From TPA_inf: Saccharomyces (lineage: Eukaryota), in assembly GCA_000146045.2 (NCBI GenBank), contig BK006938.2, forward strand, positions 224,001 through 288,000: a DNA stretch of 64,000 bases, in the 5' to 3' direction. The first letter of the stretch is position 1, and each line of letters starts with the position of its first letter. Under the pieces are notes generated by a model. It was not told where the DNA came from, did not search any database, and saw only the letters and a program-made list of their open reading frames with translations. Shown here piece after piece: positions 48,389 through 62,799 of this stretch. A program made the translations under genes and the position numbers.

Positions 48389-49597
48389 ATGTCTAGTACA
48401 GTAATATCTAGAAAGAGGAGAAACAGCACTGTTACTGAGCCTGACAGTAGCGGAGAAACAAGAAAACAAAAGAAGTCGAGAAGTGATGAAAAGAGCTCAT
48501 CTTCTAAGGATGGTGACCCCCAGCTAGAATTTAAAGTTTTACAGGGATATAGGGACCTGGAAAGTGAAATGCACAAAGGCAGAGCTCAGGTGACCAGAAC
48601 AGGAGATATAGGTGTTGCTATGGACAATCTGAACGCTGTGGATTCCCTATTCAATAAGGTTATTGGTATAAAGAATAATGGATTGTTTGCTCATGATGCT
48701 AGAGCAATGGTTAGTATAAGTGAATTGGCTCAAATTTCTGTGAGAAATTTGAAGTTTGATGATTCGAGGAGTATGGTCAATTTAGAAAACATAGTAAATT
48801 CCTTGAAAAGATACATGCTAAAAGAGCATTTCAAGCTTAATAATATCGCCGAAAATAGGAATGATTTGACGCTTGCCGCTGATGAACAATCCGCAGCAGA
48901 CCAGCAAGAGGAAAGTGATGGAGATATCGATAGGACGCCTGATGATAATCATACAGATAAAGCTACTTCCTCTTTCAAAGCGACATCTATGAGGCATAGT
49001 TATCTACAGCAGTTTTCTCACTATAATGAGTTTTCTCAATTTAATTGGTTTAGAATAGGTGCTCTCTACAATACTATAAGTAAAAATGCCCCAATTACCG
49101 ACCATTTAATGGGACCTTTATCCATAGAAAAGAAGCCACGAGTGTTAACTCAACGAAGAAGGAATAATGACCAAGTTGGTGAAAAGATCACCGCTGAGAA
49201 AATCACTCAGCATTCTTTAAACTCCACACAGCAAGAAACTACCCCTGAACAGGTCAAGAAATGTTTCAAAAAGCTTTCAAAAAAATTAGGCCCAGAAGGT
49301 TCCATTAATCTTTTTAAATTTATTATAGACCCAAATTCATTCTCGCGATCCATCGAAAATCTTTTCTATACCAGTTTTTTGATCAAAGAGGGAAAACTAT
49401 TGATGGAACACGATGAAGAAGGTTTACCCACAATTAAGATAAAACAAAGCATAAGTCACACAGATTCAAGAAGTAAAGAAATTGAGAGACAAAGGCGTCG
49501 TGCCGCTCATCAGAATCACATTATTTTTCAAATGGACATGCCTACTTGGCGAAAACTAATAAAGAAATACAACATCACTTCACCATTCTTAGACTAA
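48389..49597 (+). CDS. NSE4: Smc5-Smc6 complex kleisin subunit (402 aa)
   Basis: The first ATG is at 48389 (MSSTVISRKRRNS); the track ORF started at an upstream TTG. Length matches Nse4/Qri2. Confidence 0.85.
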   Translation: MSSTVISRKRRNSTVTEPDSSGETRKQKKSRSDEKSSSSKDGDPQLEFKVLQGYRDLESEMHKGRAQVTRTGDIGVAMDNLNAVDSLFNKVIGIKNNGLFAHDARAMVSISELAQISVRNLKFDDSRSMVNLENIVNSLKRYMLKEHFKLNNIAENRNDLTLAADEQSAADQQEESDGDIDRTPDDNHTDKATSSFKATSMRHSYLQQFSHYNEFSQFNWFRIGALYNTISKNAPITDHLMGPLSIEKKPRVLTQRRRNNDQVGEKITAEKITQHSLNSTQQETTPEQVKKCFKKLSKKLGPEGSINLFKFIIDPNSFSRSIENLFYTSFLIKEGKLLMEHDEEGLPTIKIKQSISHTDSRSKEIERQRRRAAHQNHIIFQMDMPTWRKLIKKYNITSPFLD

Positions 49598-49629
49598 CAG
49601 CGATAGAGCGCTGCATATAATATGTACAG

Positions 49630-49652
49630 TTTTTTTTTTTTTTTTTTTTTTT

Positions 49653-49653
<1 letters not shown>
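49630..49653. repeat. Homopolymer T24 (A24 on the minus strand) in the 55-bp gap between the NSE4 and QRI7 stop codons
   Basis: Direct reading. The QRI7 stop codon TGA (49655-49653, minus strand) directly abuts the tract. Confidence 0.95.
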
Positions 49654-50945
<1,292 letters not shown>

Positions 50946-51147
50946 TTAATTTCATTGTCAATTAATCATCGCGCAATGAAGATGCCACTCTTTCCATTGG
51001 CAGAGCGGATCCGCCAAATAGAAATTACATAAAACAAGTAATTTAGCTATTTTTCAGAGTACGAAATATTTTATTATATATATTGAATCACAATTACGAG
51101 TACTTTTCAATTACATGTTAAAAGTGCTTCATAAGTAGCTCAAACAG

Positions 51148-52581
51148 TTATTTTTCTAATACTATACCACTTCTGTCAAAGACTTTACCTTTGAACTGGG
51201 ATAGATTTTCACCTGCATAACTCAATTTGCTGGAAACTTCGACTAGTACCCCATCTTTTACAATAGCGCCTGCATCTTCCAACCACGAGGTTCCTAGTTT
51301 CAAATATGCTAGTCTGCTGGTCTCAGGATTATCGTTCTTAGAACCAGGACCGTTTTTTAAAGGTGAAAATTCTTTGCATCTATCTACTTCTAAGCACCCA
51401 AACTTGTTCAGTGGTACAGTGTCAAAGACATCAAATATGAATTGCTCTAATTTTATACCGTTTGGTTCGGTAGGCTTAGTGTACTTGCCGGTAACACTAT
51501 CATAAGCTGGAATTTTCTTCTTCGCAATGTGATATGGCATATTCTCACACCACTGATCCAAATCACGTTTTAGTAAATCCACTAGGTAATAATGATTTAC
51601 AATGTTGCCTGCGCGTAGTTTTAATAAGCCATCTTTATCCTTTGCTTCAGCCAATTCATTGGAAATTTCAGAATATTCTATGACACATGGTTTCTCGTTT
51701 TTAGTAGCAATTAACCCAACTGATTCATGCGCATCTCTCTTTCTAACGGCTTTGGTGGCCAGTTCGAAGCCATGCTTGATGGCAAAACCAATAAATACAG
51801 GGTCTGCGATTTTAGATAGGACATTATCGACACAGTACATGTAAACATGCTTGATTCCTCTCCTATCAAAGTCTTCGTTCAACTTGTTTTCCTTGATGGC
51901 ACGGTAGAGTCCACCATTTCCATCTGGTGATTGAGATAGGTTTACTGGGTCTTTCATTAGGAAATGCTTCCCGGTTAAATCAAAGGCAGGCAGGGTTCCC
52001 TGGTTGAAGAACGTAATTTGTTCTTTATTCAAGCCAAAATAATTGTGTTCTTGAAAGTATGCCTCAGTAGCCGCTCTAGTGGGGCCTGATGTCATAATAT
52101 ACCAAGGAATTTCTACCTTTTTGTCCTTTACCATATCTTGCAACCTGATCAACTTTTCAGCTTGAATTTGAAAAAGAGATTTCTTAGAAGGCAATCCAAT
52201 GTCGTAACAGCCCTTTGGTTGAGAGGATCCTAACCGCGTACCTTGTCCGCCAGCCATTAAAATCACTGCGACTTCACCCTTGCCAATAGCTTCAAGGCCT
52301 AAACGCCAGTATTCATTTTCTTTCTTACTGTTGCCAATAAGCGACTCGTACGAAGTAGGGGGCAATGGTGAAATTTCGACGCCAGTATCCTTAGAAGAGT
52401 TAGCTAGTGAGAATTTAATAGCATTTTGACAGTCTTCCAGTAGTTTTGCAGGGGACCTCTTGGAAGATATTTGCTCCAGGTTTGAAAGCAATTCTTCTTG
52501 GTCTTTGCGAGACAAGCTTTCCCAATTGTGGAAAAGTTGACTTTGTCCGGCTTCAATGAATAGCTGTTTTGTGTCAGTCAT
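51148..52581 (-). CDS. QRI1: UDP-N-acetylglucosamine pyrophosphorylase (477 aa)
   Basis: UDPGP family, with the nucleotide-binding loop LMAGGQGTRLG. Confidence 0.92.
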   Translation of the reverse strand: MTDTKQLFIEAGQSQLFHNWESLSRKDQEELLSNLEQISSKRSPAKLLEDCQNAIKFSLANSSKDTGVEISPLPPTSYESLIGNSKKENEYWRLGLEAIGKGEVAVILMAGGQGTRLGSSQPKGCYDIGLPSKKSLFQIQAEKLIRLQDMVKDKKVEIPWYIMTSGPTRAATEAYFQEHNYFGLNKEQITFFNQGTLPAFDLTGKHFLMKDPVNLSQSPDGNGGLYRAIKENKLNEDFDRRGIKHVYMYCVDNVLSKIADPVFIGFAIKHGFELATKAVRKRDAHESVGLIATKNEKPCVIEYSEISNELAEAKDKDGLLKLRAGNIVNHYYLVDLLKRDLDQWCENMPYHIAKKKIPAYDSVTGKYTKPTEPNGIKLEQFIFDVFDTVPLNKFGCLEVDRCKEFSPLKNGPGSKNDNPETSRLAYLKLGTSWLEDAGAIVKDGVLVEVSSKLSYAGENLSQFKGKVFDRSGIVLEK

Positions 52582-52705
52582 AGTTGCAGTTCGATCTGGT
52601 GTTCTCCTTTATATCTGCGTTTCTTTGCAGCGTTCTTGCTTGACGGTTGATCTTGGTTTTGTGTGGTAAAAGTATGCCTTAACGTAATAGGCAATTTTTC
52701 GTATT

Positions 52706-52711
52706 ACGCGT
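52706..52711. promoter_or_regulatory. MCB element ACGCGT about 160 bp upstream of POL3
   Basis: Exact MluI-cell-cycle-box hexamer in the POL3 promoter. POL3/CDC2 is a classic MBF target. Confidence 0.6.
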
Positions 52712-52871
52712 AACTTTTTATTCTATAAAATGTTCAATGAGGACATCTGCTATTCGCTTATGAAGAACAAACACTCAGTACTACTGATCTAAGGCAATTT
52801 TCAAGGATAAAGGAAAATAGATATTGAGCACTTGCTATTAAGCATTAATCTTTATACATATACGCACAGCA

Positions 52872-55800
52872 ATGAGTGAAAAAAGATCCCTTCCCATGGT
52901 TGATGTGAAGATCGATGACGAGGATACTCCCCAGTTGGAAAAGAAAATCAAACGGCAATCAATAGATCATGGTGTTGGAAGTGAACCTGTTTCAACAATA
53001 GAGATTATTCCGAGTGATTCTTTTCGAAAATATAATAGTCAAGGCTTCAAAGCAAAGGATACAGATTTAATGGGTACGCAATTAGAGTCTACTTTTGAAC
53101 AAGAGCTATCGCAAATGGAACATGATATGGCCGACCAAGAAGAGCATGACCTGTCATCATTCGAGCGTAAGAAACTTCCAACCGATTTTGACCCAAGTTT
53201 GTATGATATTTCTTTCCAACAAATTGATGCGGAACAGAGCGTACTGAATGGTATCAAAGATGAAAATACATCTACCGTGGTAAGGTTTTTTGGTGTCACT
53301 AGTGAAGGACACTCTGTACTTTGTAATGTTACAGGGTTCAAGAACTATCTTTACGTCCCAGCGCCCAATTCTTCCGACGCTAACGATCAGGAGCAAATCA
53401 ACAAGTTTGTGCACTATTTAAACGAAACATTTGACCACGCTATTGATTCGATTGAAGTTGTATCTAAACAGTCTATCTGGGGTTATTCCGGAGATACCAA
53501 ATTACCATTCTGGAAAATATACGTCACCTATCCGCATATGGTCAACAAACTGCGTACTGCGTTTGAAAGAGGTCATCTTTCATTCAACTCGTGGTTTTCT
53601 AACGGCACGACTACTTATGATAACATTGCCTACACTTTAAGGTTAATGGTAGATTGTGGAATTGTCGGTATGTCCTGGATAACATTACCAAAAGGAAAGT
53701 ATTCGATGATTGAGCCTAATAACAGAGTTTCCTCTTGTCAGTTGGAAGTTTCAATTAATTATCGTAACCTAATAGCACATCCTGCTGAGGGTGATTGGTC
53801 TCATACAGCTCCATTGCGTATCATGTCCTTTGATATCGAGTGTGCTGGTAGGATTGGCGTCTTTCCGGAACCTGAATACGATCCCGTCATCCAAATTGCC
53901 AACGTTGTGAGTATTGCTGGCGCTAAGAAACCATTCATTCGTAATGTGTTTACTCTGAATACATGCTCACCCATAACAGGTTCAATGATTTTTTCCCACG
54001 CCACTGAAGAGGAAATGTTGAGCAATTGGCGTAACTTTATCATCAAAGTTGATCCTGATGTTATCATTGGTTATAATACTACAAATTTTGATATCCCTTA
54101 TCTTTTAAACCGTGCAAAGGCGCTAAAGGTGAATGATTTCCCATATTTTGGAAGGTTAAAAACCGTTAAGCAAGAAATTAAAGAGTCTGTGTTCTCTTCG
54201 AAGGCTTATGGTACAAGAGAAACCAAAAATGTCAATATTGACGGCCGATTACAGTTGGATCTTTTGCAATTTATTCAGCGTGAGTATAAACTAAGATCCT
54301 ACACGTTGAATGCAGTCTCTGCGCACTTTTTAGGTGAACAGAAGGAGGATGTACATTATAGCATCATTTCTGATCTACAAAATGGCGATAGTGAAACAAG
54401 AAGAAGGTTGGCCGTTTACTGTTTGAAAGACGCCTACCTGCCTTTAAGGCTTATGGAAAAACTAATGGCGTTAGTTAACTATACAGAAATGGCTCGTGTT
54501 ACAGGTGTGCCATTTTCATATTTACTAGCTCGTGGTCAACAAATTAAAGTTGTTTCTCAACTATTTCGAAAGTGCCTGGAGATTGATACTGTGATACCTA
54601 ACATGCAATCTCAGGCCTCTGATGACCAATATGAGGGTGCCACTGTTATTGAGCCTATTCGTGGTTATTACGATGTACCGATTGCAACTTTGGATTTCAA
54701 TTCTTTATATCCAAGTATTATGATGGCGCACAACCTATGTTATACAACACTTTGTAACAAAGCTACTGTAGAGAGATTGAATCTTAAAATTGACGAAGAC
54801 TACGTCATAACACCTAATGGAGATTATTTTGTTACCACAAAAAGAAGGCGTGGTATATTACCAATTATTCTGGATGAATTAATAAGTGCTAGAAAACGCG
54901 CTAAAAAAGATCTGAGAGATGAGAAGGATCCATTCAAAAGAGATGTTTTAAATGGTAGACAATTGGCTTTGAAGATTTCAGCTAACTCTGTCTATGGTTT
55001 TACAGGAGCGACGGTGGGTAAATTGCCATGTTTAGCCATTTCTTCATCTGTTACTGCTTATGGTCGTACCATGATTTTAAAAACTAAAACCGCAGTCCAA
55101 GAAAAATATTGTATAAAGAATGGTTATAAGCACGATGCCGTTGTGGTTTACGGTGACACTGATTCCGTTATGGTAAAGTTTGGTACAACAGATTTAAAGG
55201 AAGCTATGGATCTTGGTACCGAAGCTGCCAAATATGTCTCCACTCTATTCAAACATCCGATTAACTTAGAATTTGAAAAAGCATACTTCCCTTACCTTTT
55301 GATAAATAAAAAGCGTTATGCAGGTTTATTCTGGACTAATCCTGACAAGTTTGACAAGTTGGACCAAAAAGGCCTTGCTTCTGTCCGTCGTGATTCCTGT
55401 TCCTTGGTTTCTATTGTTATGAATAAAGTTTTAAAGAAAATTTTAATTGAAAGAAATGTAGATGGTGCTTTAGCTTTTGTCAGAGAAACTATCAATGATA
55501 TTCTGCATAATAGAGTAGATATTTCAAAGTTGATTATATCAAAGACGTTAGCCCCAAATTACACAAATCCACAGCCGCACGCCGTTTTGGCTGAACGTAT
55601 GAAGAGGAGAGAGGGCGTTGGTCCAAATGTTGGTGATCGTGTGGACTATGTCATTATCGGTGGTAATGATAAACTTTACAATAGAGCAGAAGATCCATTA
55701 TTTGTACTAGAAAACAATATTCAAGTGGATTCGCGCTATTATTTAACTAATCAATTACAAAATCCAATCATTAGTATTGTTGCACCTATTATTGGCGACA

Positions 55801-56165
55801 AACAGGCGAACGGTATGTTCGTTGTGAAATCCATTAAAATTAACACAGGCTCTCAAAAAGGAGGCTTGATGAGCTTTATTAAAAAAGTTGAGGCTTGTAA
55901 AAGTTGTAAAGGTCCGTTGAGGAAAGGTGAAGGCCCTCTTTGTTCAAACTGTCTAGCAAGGTCTGGAGAATTATACATAAAGGCATTATACGATGTCAGA
56001 GATTTAGAGGAAAAATACTCAAGATTATGGACACAATGCCAAAGGTGCGCTGGTAACTTACATAGTGAAGTTTTGTGTTCAAATAAGAACTGTGACATTT
56101 TTTATATGCGGGTTAAGGTTAAAAAAGAGCTGCAGGAGAAAGTAGAACAATTAAGCAAATGGTAA
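52872..56165 (+). CDS. POL3: DNA polymerase delta catalytic subunit (1097 aa)
   Basis: B-family polymerase with exonuclease motif FDIEC, polymerase motifs DxxSLYPS and YGDTDS, and C-terminal CysA/CysB metal-binding clusters. Confidence 0.97.
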
Positions 56166-56306
56166 AAAACGATAGGGTGGCACATCATATTAGGATTAAG
56201 AAAGGCTAACAACTTTTTGCATGTTGGTGGATATATATGTATATATAAATAGATACTTGGAAAAATCCAGATTCAAACAATGTTTTTGAAATAATGCTTC
56301 TCATGT

Positions 56307-57848
56307 TTAGAGGCAAGATAATTCTGAGTATGTTTTGGGTATTTTATTGTCAGTAATTTGTAAACGCTGCAATTCTAATGAGACCGAGCTTTGTTGCTGT
56401 ATGTCATTGAACCAAGGGTGGTTCAAAGCTTCATCTATATTGTACCTTTCATCAGGATTTAGGACCAAAAGATTGGATATTAAATGTAGTACTGAGTCAT
56501 CGATTTTATCCCAGTACGGAGAGTAAAACGCATACTTAGCTTGTAAGATCTGTTCCTTCAATGAAGGTGGCCCCAATTGATCACTGAATGGAGGAAAACC
56601 ACATAAACAGACATATAATATGACACCAGCACTCCAAAGATCTACTTTTGATGTGTATCCTTTCTTTGTGAGGACTTCGGGCGCTACATAAGAAGGCGTA
56701 CCACAAAGTGTGTTTGTGAATTGCATTTCTCCTGTAAATTTTGCTAGGCCAAAATCCGCTATTTTAACTTGAATATCAATTTCATCTTCATCCCATGGGC
56801 CAAGTTGGACTTGACTTGGATTTTCGCGCCTTGTTATATTTAATAAGATATTTTCTGGCTTGATGTCTCTGTGAATGATGTTTTGCTCATGCAGATACTT
56901 CAATCCGGTAAGTAACTGTTTGAATAGAGCTTTGGATTCATCCTGTCTCAAACATGTTTTTCTGACGATTCTTTCAAATAGTTCGCCATCGTCGATCTTT
57001 TCCAGTACCAAATATTTTTGAATCTGAGATTTGCTGATTGGCTCTACAAAACTATCTAGTAAGTTGACAATGTTTGGATGTTGCACTCTCATTAGGATGT
57101 TAGTTTCCTCCCTAAATTGTTTATTCTTTTTTTGGTCGTCATTTTGCTGAGCGTGGAATATTTTCACAGCTACTTGCTGACCAGTTTTTTTGTTTTTGGC
57201 TTCTTTCACCAGGGCGTAGTGCCCTGCACCTAATTCTTTACCTAATAAATATTTATCAAAGAACGACACAGGCCTTGTCTTATTCAGTTTTCTAATTGCG
57301 GCACTCGTTGTAGCATTTTGGCTACTTGTAGCACTTATTTGCGGTTTCTTGAAAACTTCGTCGTCGTTCTTATATGAACGACTTTCTGAACTTACCTTTT
57401 CATCGTCATTTTCGATGTCAGTAGAAGATGAAGATGCGTACTTGAACAAAAAGGAGCAACTTTTGCCAAAGACAATTCTGTCACCATTCTTAAGGATGTA
57501 GTCTTTCTTCACCAAACGATTACCATTAATAAAAGTTCCGTTTCTGCTCTTATCGATAACATTAATCAAATTTCTTTGGAAATTATCCACATCCATTTGC
57601 AGTAGATGAAACTCAGCATGGAAAGTCGAGATGTCAGGCTCACTCAATATAACGTCGCACGACCTACTTCTACCGATTGTAGTAACGTTTCTATTTGTTA
57701 TTTCCACTTTTTGCTCCTTTCCGGGTATTAAGTTCACCAGATGGCCCAGACAAGTGTATTCTGAGCTGGGCTTATTACTTCGTTGCTGTCTTTTGAATGA
57801 AGAGTCAGTTACATCACCAGAGTGCTCTCTTTTCGTGGACAAACTCAT
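56307..57848 (-). CDS. DUN1: DNA-damage checkpoint kinase with an N-terminal FHA domain (513 aa)
   Basis: FHA domain (…TTIGRSRSCDVIL…GTFING…) and kinase motifs HRDIKPEN and DFGLAK. The track ORF begins at a GTG; the first ATG is at 57848 (MSLSTKREHS). Confidence 0.9.
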   Translation of the reverse strand: MSLSTKREHSGDVTDSSFKRQQRSNKPSSEYTCLGHLVNLIPGKEQKVEITNRNVTTIGRSRSCDVILSEPDISTFHAEFHLLQMDVDNFQRNLINVIDKSRNGTFINGNRLVKKDYILKNGDRIVFGKSCSFLFKYASSSSTDIENDDEKVSSESRSYKNDDEVFKKPQISATSSQNATTSAAIRKLNKTRPVSFFDKYLLGKELGAGHYALVKEAKNKKTGQQVAVKIFHAQQNDDQKKNKQFREETNILMRVQHPNIVNLLDSFVEPISKSQIQKYLVLEKIDDGELFERIVRKTCLRQDESKALFKQLLTGLKYLHEQNIIHRDIKPENILLNITRRENPSQVQLGPWDEDEIDIQVKIADFGLAKFTGEMQFTNTLCGTPSYVAPEVLTKKGYTSKVDLWSAGVILYVCLCGFPPFSDQLGPPSLKEQILQAKYAFYSPYWDKIDDSVLHLISNLLVLNPDERYNIDEALNHPWFNDIQQQSSVSLELQRLQITDNKIPKTYSELSCL

Positions 57849-58005
57849 CTTCACTATAATTGCCTTTTTTACTGTATGTTAAGCCCCTTTACTTGTTACT
57901 CTCGACTATAAAGGGTTCTCATTTCCTCCTTTTTCAACAATATCTAATAATTTTCCAAAATCATTTGAAAAATACCATGGAAATAAAATGGAAAAAAGTA
58001 AACAA

Positions 58006-58016
58006 ACGCGTCGCGT
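58006..58016. promoter_or_regulatory. Tandem overlapping MCB-like element ACGCGTCGCGT about 160 bp upstream of DUN1
   Basis: A perfect ACGCGT at 58006-58011, overlapped by CGCGT at 58012-58016. Confidence 0.5.
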
Positions 58017-58111
58017 CACGTAATTTTTTTCTTTTCACACACATACCATCGTATTACTATTTTTTCTATGGTTATATGTCGTATGTATCTATTTATGGTA
58101 TTCAGGGGCTT

Positions 58112-59218
<1,107 letters not shown>

Positions 59219-59418
59219 CTAAACGCTGCGTTGGCTTCCCTCAACTTGTTTGAAGTTGCCACCGTTTTATCCATTTTCGCTTTTGAAAAAAAAAAAATGG
59301 TTGAGAATCCCCAGCACTATTAATTAGTACTATTGTTACGAAGATCTTGTGATAAAAAAGGGATGTAATAATTTGCATTGAACCAACCTGAATTGAGCAA
59401 GTTTATCATATAGTTACA

Positions 59419-60444
59419 ATGTCTGAACAGGAGTCTGATGAAGTTAAGCGTATGAAACAATTGGAAGAGGCTAGAAAGAGAGTAGAAGAATTGAAGAAAA
59501 AGAAAAATAAAAAGAATAAAGGTAAGAAGAATAAAAATAGCAGTGCCACAGGCTCTATAGGATCTGAAACTCCTGATTTAGAGGGCACACCAGGCGAAGA
59601 GTCCACACAGGAGGAGACTGTGAAAGCAAATTCCACCAAAAGTGAAAACAACGATCAAAATGACGTGGATGAGGAGAGTGAAGAAAAAGAAATAGAACAG
59701 GTTAAATCAGATCCTTCGGGCACAACAGAAAAAGATATTGAGGAAATAAATAGTACTTCATCAAATGTGGGAAAGGATGATGCAGAAAACACAAAAAAAG
59801 AGGAAGTTCAAGAAGTTATAAAAAATAACAACGATGAGCAAACAGCAGATGCCGGAAAGACCATAGAACCACAAGAGGAAAAGAAAATTGTACAAACTCA
59901 AGAAGGAAACGAACCTTCAAATACATCAGAAGCAGCAGACGATTTATTTGCCAATGACGGCAATGAAGAATCTGACTTTCTCACCACGATTAAAAAGCAA
60001 AAAGAAGAAGATGAGTTGACCAAACTAAGGGCGGAAAATGAGAAACTCACACAGGAAAATAAACAACTGAAATTTTTGAATATGGAAAATGAAACTACTG
60101 TCGATGACCTACAGGATCAATTGCAGGAAAAAGAAGACATCATTAATGGTTTACAAAACGATTTGCAAACCGCAAGGGATGAATTAATTGCCGCAGTAGA
60201 AAAATTAAAATTAGCAGAAGCTAAGGCAGCAAGAAATACCACAGCAACTCCTATTCAATTTGCGGATTTCAACACTTCAAGCAATAATCTAACTCCCTCA
60301 CAATCTGTAACCAATTCTGGTACGCAGGTGGCCCACGGGAATAATATGGAAGTGGATCGCGTTATGCTGAACAAATGGCGCCAGTGGAACGTAGACATGA
60401 CCACTTGGAGAAGTATTGGTTCTGGCCCAATAATGGAATTTTGA
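59419..60444 (+). CDS. BUG1: Acidic coiled-coil cis-Golgi protein (341 aa)
   Basis: Highly acidic N-terminal region and a C-terminal coiled coil. Length and position match Bug1. Confidence 0.75.
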   Translation: MSEQESDEVKRMKQLEEARKRVEELKKKKNKKNKGKKNKNSSATGSIGSETPDLEGTPGEESTQEETVKANSTKSENNDQNDVDEESEEKEIEQVKSDPSGTTEKDIEEINSTSSNVGKDDAENTKKEEVQEVIKNNNDEQTADAGKTIEPQEEKKIVQTQEGNEPSNTSEAADDLFANDGNEESDFLTTIKKQKEEDELTKLRAENEKLTQENKQLKFLNMENETTVDDLQDQLQEKEDIINGLQNDLQTARDELIAAVEKLKLAEAKAARNTTATPIQFADFNTSSNNLTPSQSVTNSGTQVAHGNNMEVDRVMLNKWRQWNVDMTTWRSIGSGPIMEF

Positions 60445-60580
60445 GAATGAATATTTTCGCGTATATATTTTAATTAAGGGTTTATATACATAAAAGATAT
60501 ATCTAATGATCTGATCTGAGTCCCGACTTTTTATATGTGCTCTATGCTTGTATTATGCTCATTTATCTTTACTTGGTTTC

Positions 60581-61165
60581 TCATTTTTTAGAGGTGGCAA
60601 AATTGGAAAATCCCATCATTTGACTGACTTTTGATTCACTCTCAATAGAAGGCTTAGTAGCCACTTTCTTTGCTTTCTCCACATCTGTGTCCAAAAGCCT
60701 TTTCCTCTTGGACTGAGTCTCCATAGAACGCACCTCTACAAAATCCTTTATCAAGTTATGATAGCACAACTCAAACTCCTCTTGCGGTACGTCATCATTA
60801 TCTCTTATATCTATAATTAACGGTTCATCAAACAAATTTTCAAATTTTATTGCATGGACCTTGTGGTTGAGATGATCAATGTATTGTAAAGTGTCTTTGA
60901 AGGTTAGGTTACAAATATCGCAGTAAAATCCGAACTTCTTTCCCCTCTTGAAAGACGATAAGCTCTCTGTATTTGCTGTTAGTTTCCTTTTATTTAGGTC
61001 TTTTAGCGAGCCCTTGATTAAATGATCGTAATTTGTATATTTGGATTTTAAAGCTTGTAATTCAATCGGTGTTAGCGTAGCCTTTAAGGATCGATCGTCA
61101 TAGCCGCTTCTAGCCTGCTCAGCATACTCCTCTCTATCCCAAGTTCTTCTGCCAAAATTCGACAT
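60581..61165 (-). CDS. SNU23: U4/U6.U5 tri-snRNP C2H2 zinc-finger protein (194 aa)
   Basis: U1-like/matrin-type C2H2 finger CDICNLTFKDTLQYIDHLNHKVH. Confidence 0.88.
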   Translation of the reverse strand: MSNFGRRTWDREEYAEQARSGYDDRSLKATLTPIELQALKSKYTNYDHLIKGSLKDLNKRKLTANTESLSSFKRGKKFGFYCDICNLTFKDTLQYIDHLNHKVHAIKFENLFDEPLIIDIRDNDDVPQEEFELCYHNLIKDFVEVRSMETQSKRKRLLDTDVEKAKKVATKPSIESESKVSQMMGFSNFATSKK

Positions 61166-61390
61166 TAGCTTTCTCGAATTTTTGTCAGCTAAGGCTTGTA
61201 GGAACTTCTGGTTTTGATGAACTTTCGCATCAACTGTTTTCTATTTAGCGGCGCATTCGATTAAACTTCTTCCTTTCTTAGGAGAAAAAAAAGAAAAATC
61301 ATACTTATGTATTTTCTGCATTTTATAAGTTTATTTAGGAATTCTTACTCTGGTACTTGTGAGTATACATACATATATATACATGTAAAC

Positions 61391-62695
61391 CTAATACAAG
61401 ACACTTGCCTTTTCAAATAGTTGATCGACGACTTTATTTAGTTGCCCGACTAATTCCAATGCAGAGTCGTACGTGGCATCCTGATTCGGAGTTTCGTAAA
61501 CGTAAAGCCAACCATTACCTTGATCCAGAACACCGTAGAATATCTTATCTAGTATCATTTGGGAGAGCTTTCCTTCAACTTGTTGAGTATCCAGACCGAT
61601 TATTTTGGAAATGTGGGATATTTCCACACATTCAAATGGCTCAATAATCTTACACAAATTGGACTCTAATAACGTGTCGTATAATGCATTGAAATGGGAT
61701 CTTGTTAGTTCATCGCCCATTAGTTCCTTCTCGTATTGCTTTAGCGCCGTGTTGAAGTCTAAAAGCGATCTGTTGTTATAAGCCTCAGCGACAGCTTTCA
61801 TGGCATCAATGCCTCGGGACTGGTACGTTTCCTTTGTGTATTTTGCGTTTAGGATGTTTTTTACGTCATCAATAAGGTTCAGCATGATCTTAGACAATAG
61901 CATGTATTTCAACACTTGACATGCCTTTTCGTAGGAATTATGCGTAGTCAAATTGTGGTAGCTTTCAAAACTTTCGAAGAAATACGAAAATGCAGTTTTG
62001 TAGTCTTTATCTTCACAGTGCAGGATACCACTCATCAAGTCCAGCTCCGCAACTGTTTGTGTAGGACAGTATATGGAGTTAGCGGCCGTCCTTGCTGCAG
62101 TCAACGAGGCCTTGGACTTGGCTAGATTCCTCAGTTTATGGTAAACTTTACTTTCCAATAGATGTACATCAACCAAAGAGGGCTTGTCGTCCAGCTTTTT
62201 GAACTCCCTCAAAAGATCGTTAATCAATGCTAATGAGTCCTTGTACTGTTTCTTTTGATAATGTAAGGTGGCCAATTTGATCGAGAGTGAATGCTTCAAA
62301 AACACCCTTTTTTCTCTCTTGGCAAATTCGATGCTTTTCTCGCACACAAAGATCTGATCGTCCAAGGAGTCCGGCACTTGCTCGAATTTTTCAATCAACG
62401 TTTTCAATACCTTTACCGTTTTGGATTTGGCAAATTGCATCATATACTCCGTAGAATGAGGAATAAACTCGCGCAATTTGTCCTTTGCACCCATAGTCAC
62501 GTATAACTGTCCTAATTCCAATATGCTTGTCTCCTGTTCATTTCTACGCTTGTCATCCACACTGGCACCGGCAGCGGCGCTGCTCTGTGAGCTGTCTTTA
62601 TCCAGCAGGCTCAAATAGACTTGTTCTGCCTCATTATACTGTTTTTCATTAACCAGTCTCCTGGCCTCTTCTAATTTCGAACCTGGCAGAGACAT
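61391..62695 (-). CDS. RPN6: 19S proteasome lid subunit with a PCI domain (434 aa)
   Basis: TPR-like helices followed by a C-terminal PCI/winged-helix region. Length matches Rpn6. Confidence 0.9.
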   Translation of the reverse strand: MSLPGSKLEEARRLVNEKQYNEAEQVYLSLLDKDSSQSSAAAGASVDDKRRNEQETSILELGQLYVTMGAKDKLREFIPHSTEYMMQFAKSKTVKVLKTLIEKFEQVPDSLDDQIFVCEKSIEFAKREKRVFLKHSLSIKLATLHYQKKQYKDSLALINDLLREFKKLDDKPSLVDVHLLESKVYHKLRNLAKSKASLTAARTAANSIYCPTQTVAELDLMSGILHCEDKDYKTAFSYFFESFESYHNLTTHNSYEKACQVLKYMLLSKIMLNLIDDVKNILNAKYTKETYQSRGIDAMKAVAEAYNNRSLLDFNTALKQYEKELMGDELTRSHFNALYDTLLESNLCKIIEPFECVEISHISKIIGLDTQQVEGKLSQMILDKIFYGVLDQGNGWLYVYETPNQDATYDSALELVGQLNKVVDQLFEKASVLY

Positions 62696-62799
62696 GAAGT
62701 TCCTCGTTTATAGATTAATCACCAATTGTCCTCTTTCAGCGCTTCTGTTAGTTGGCCTTATTTAACGGATCTTTGCTTCAATTACGCTTTCTACCAACA

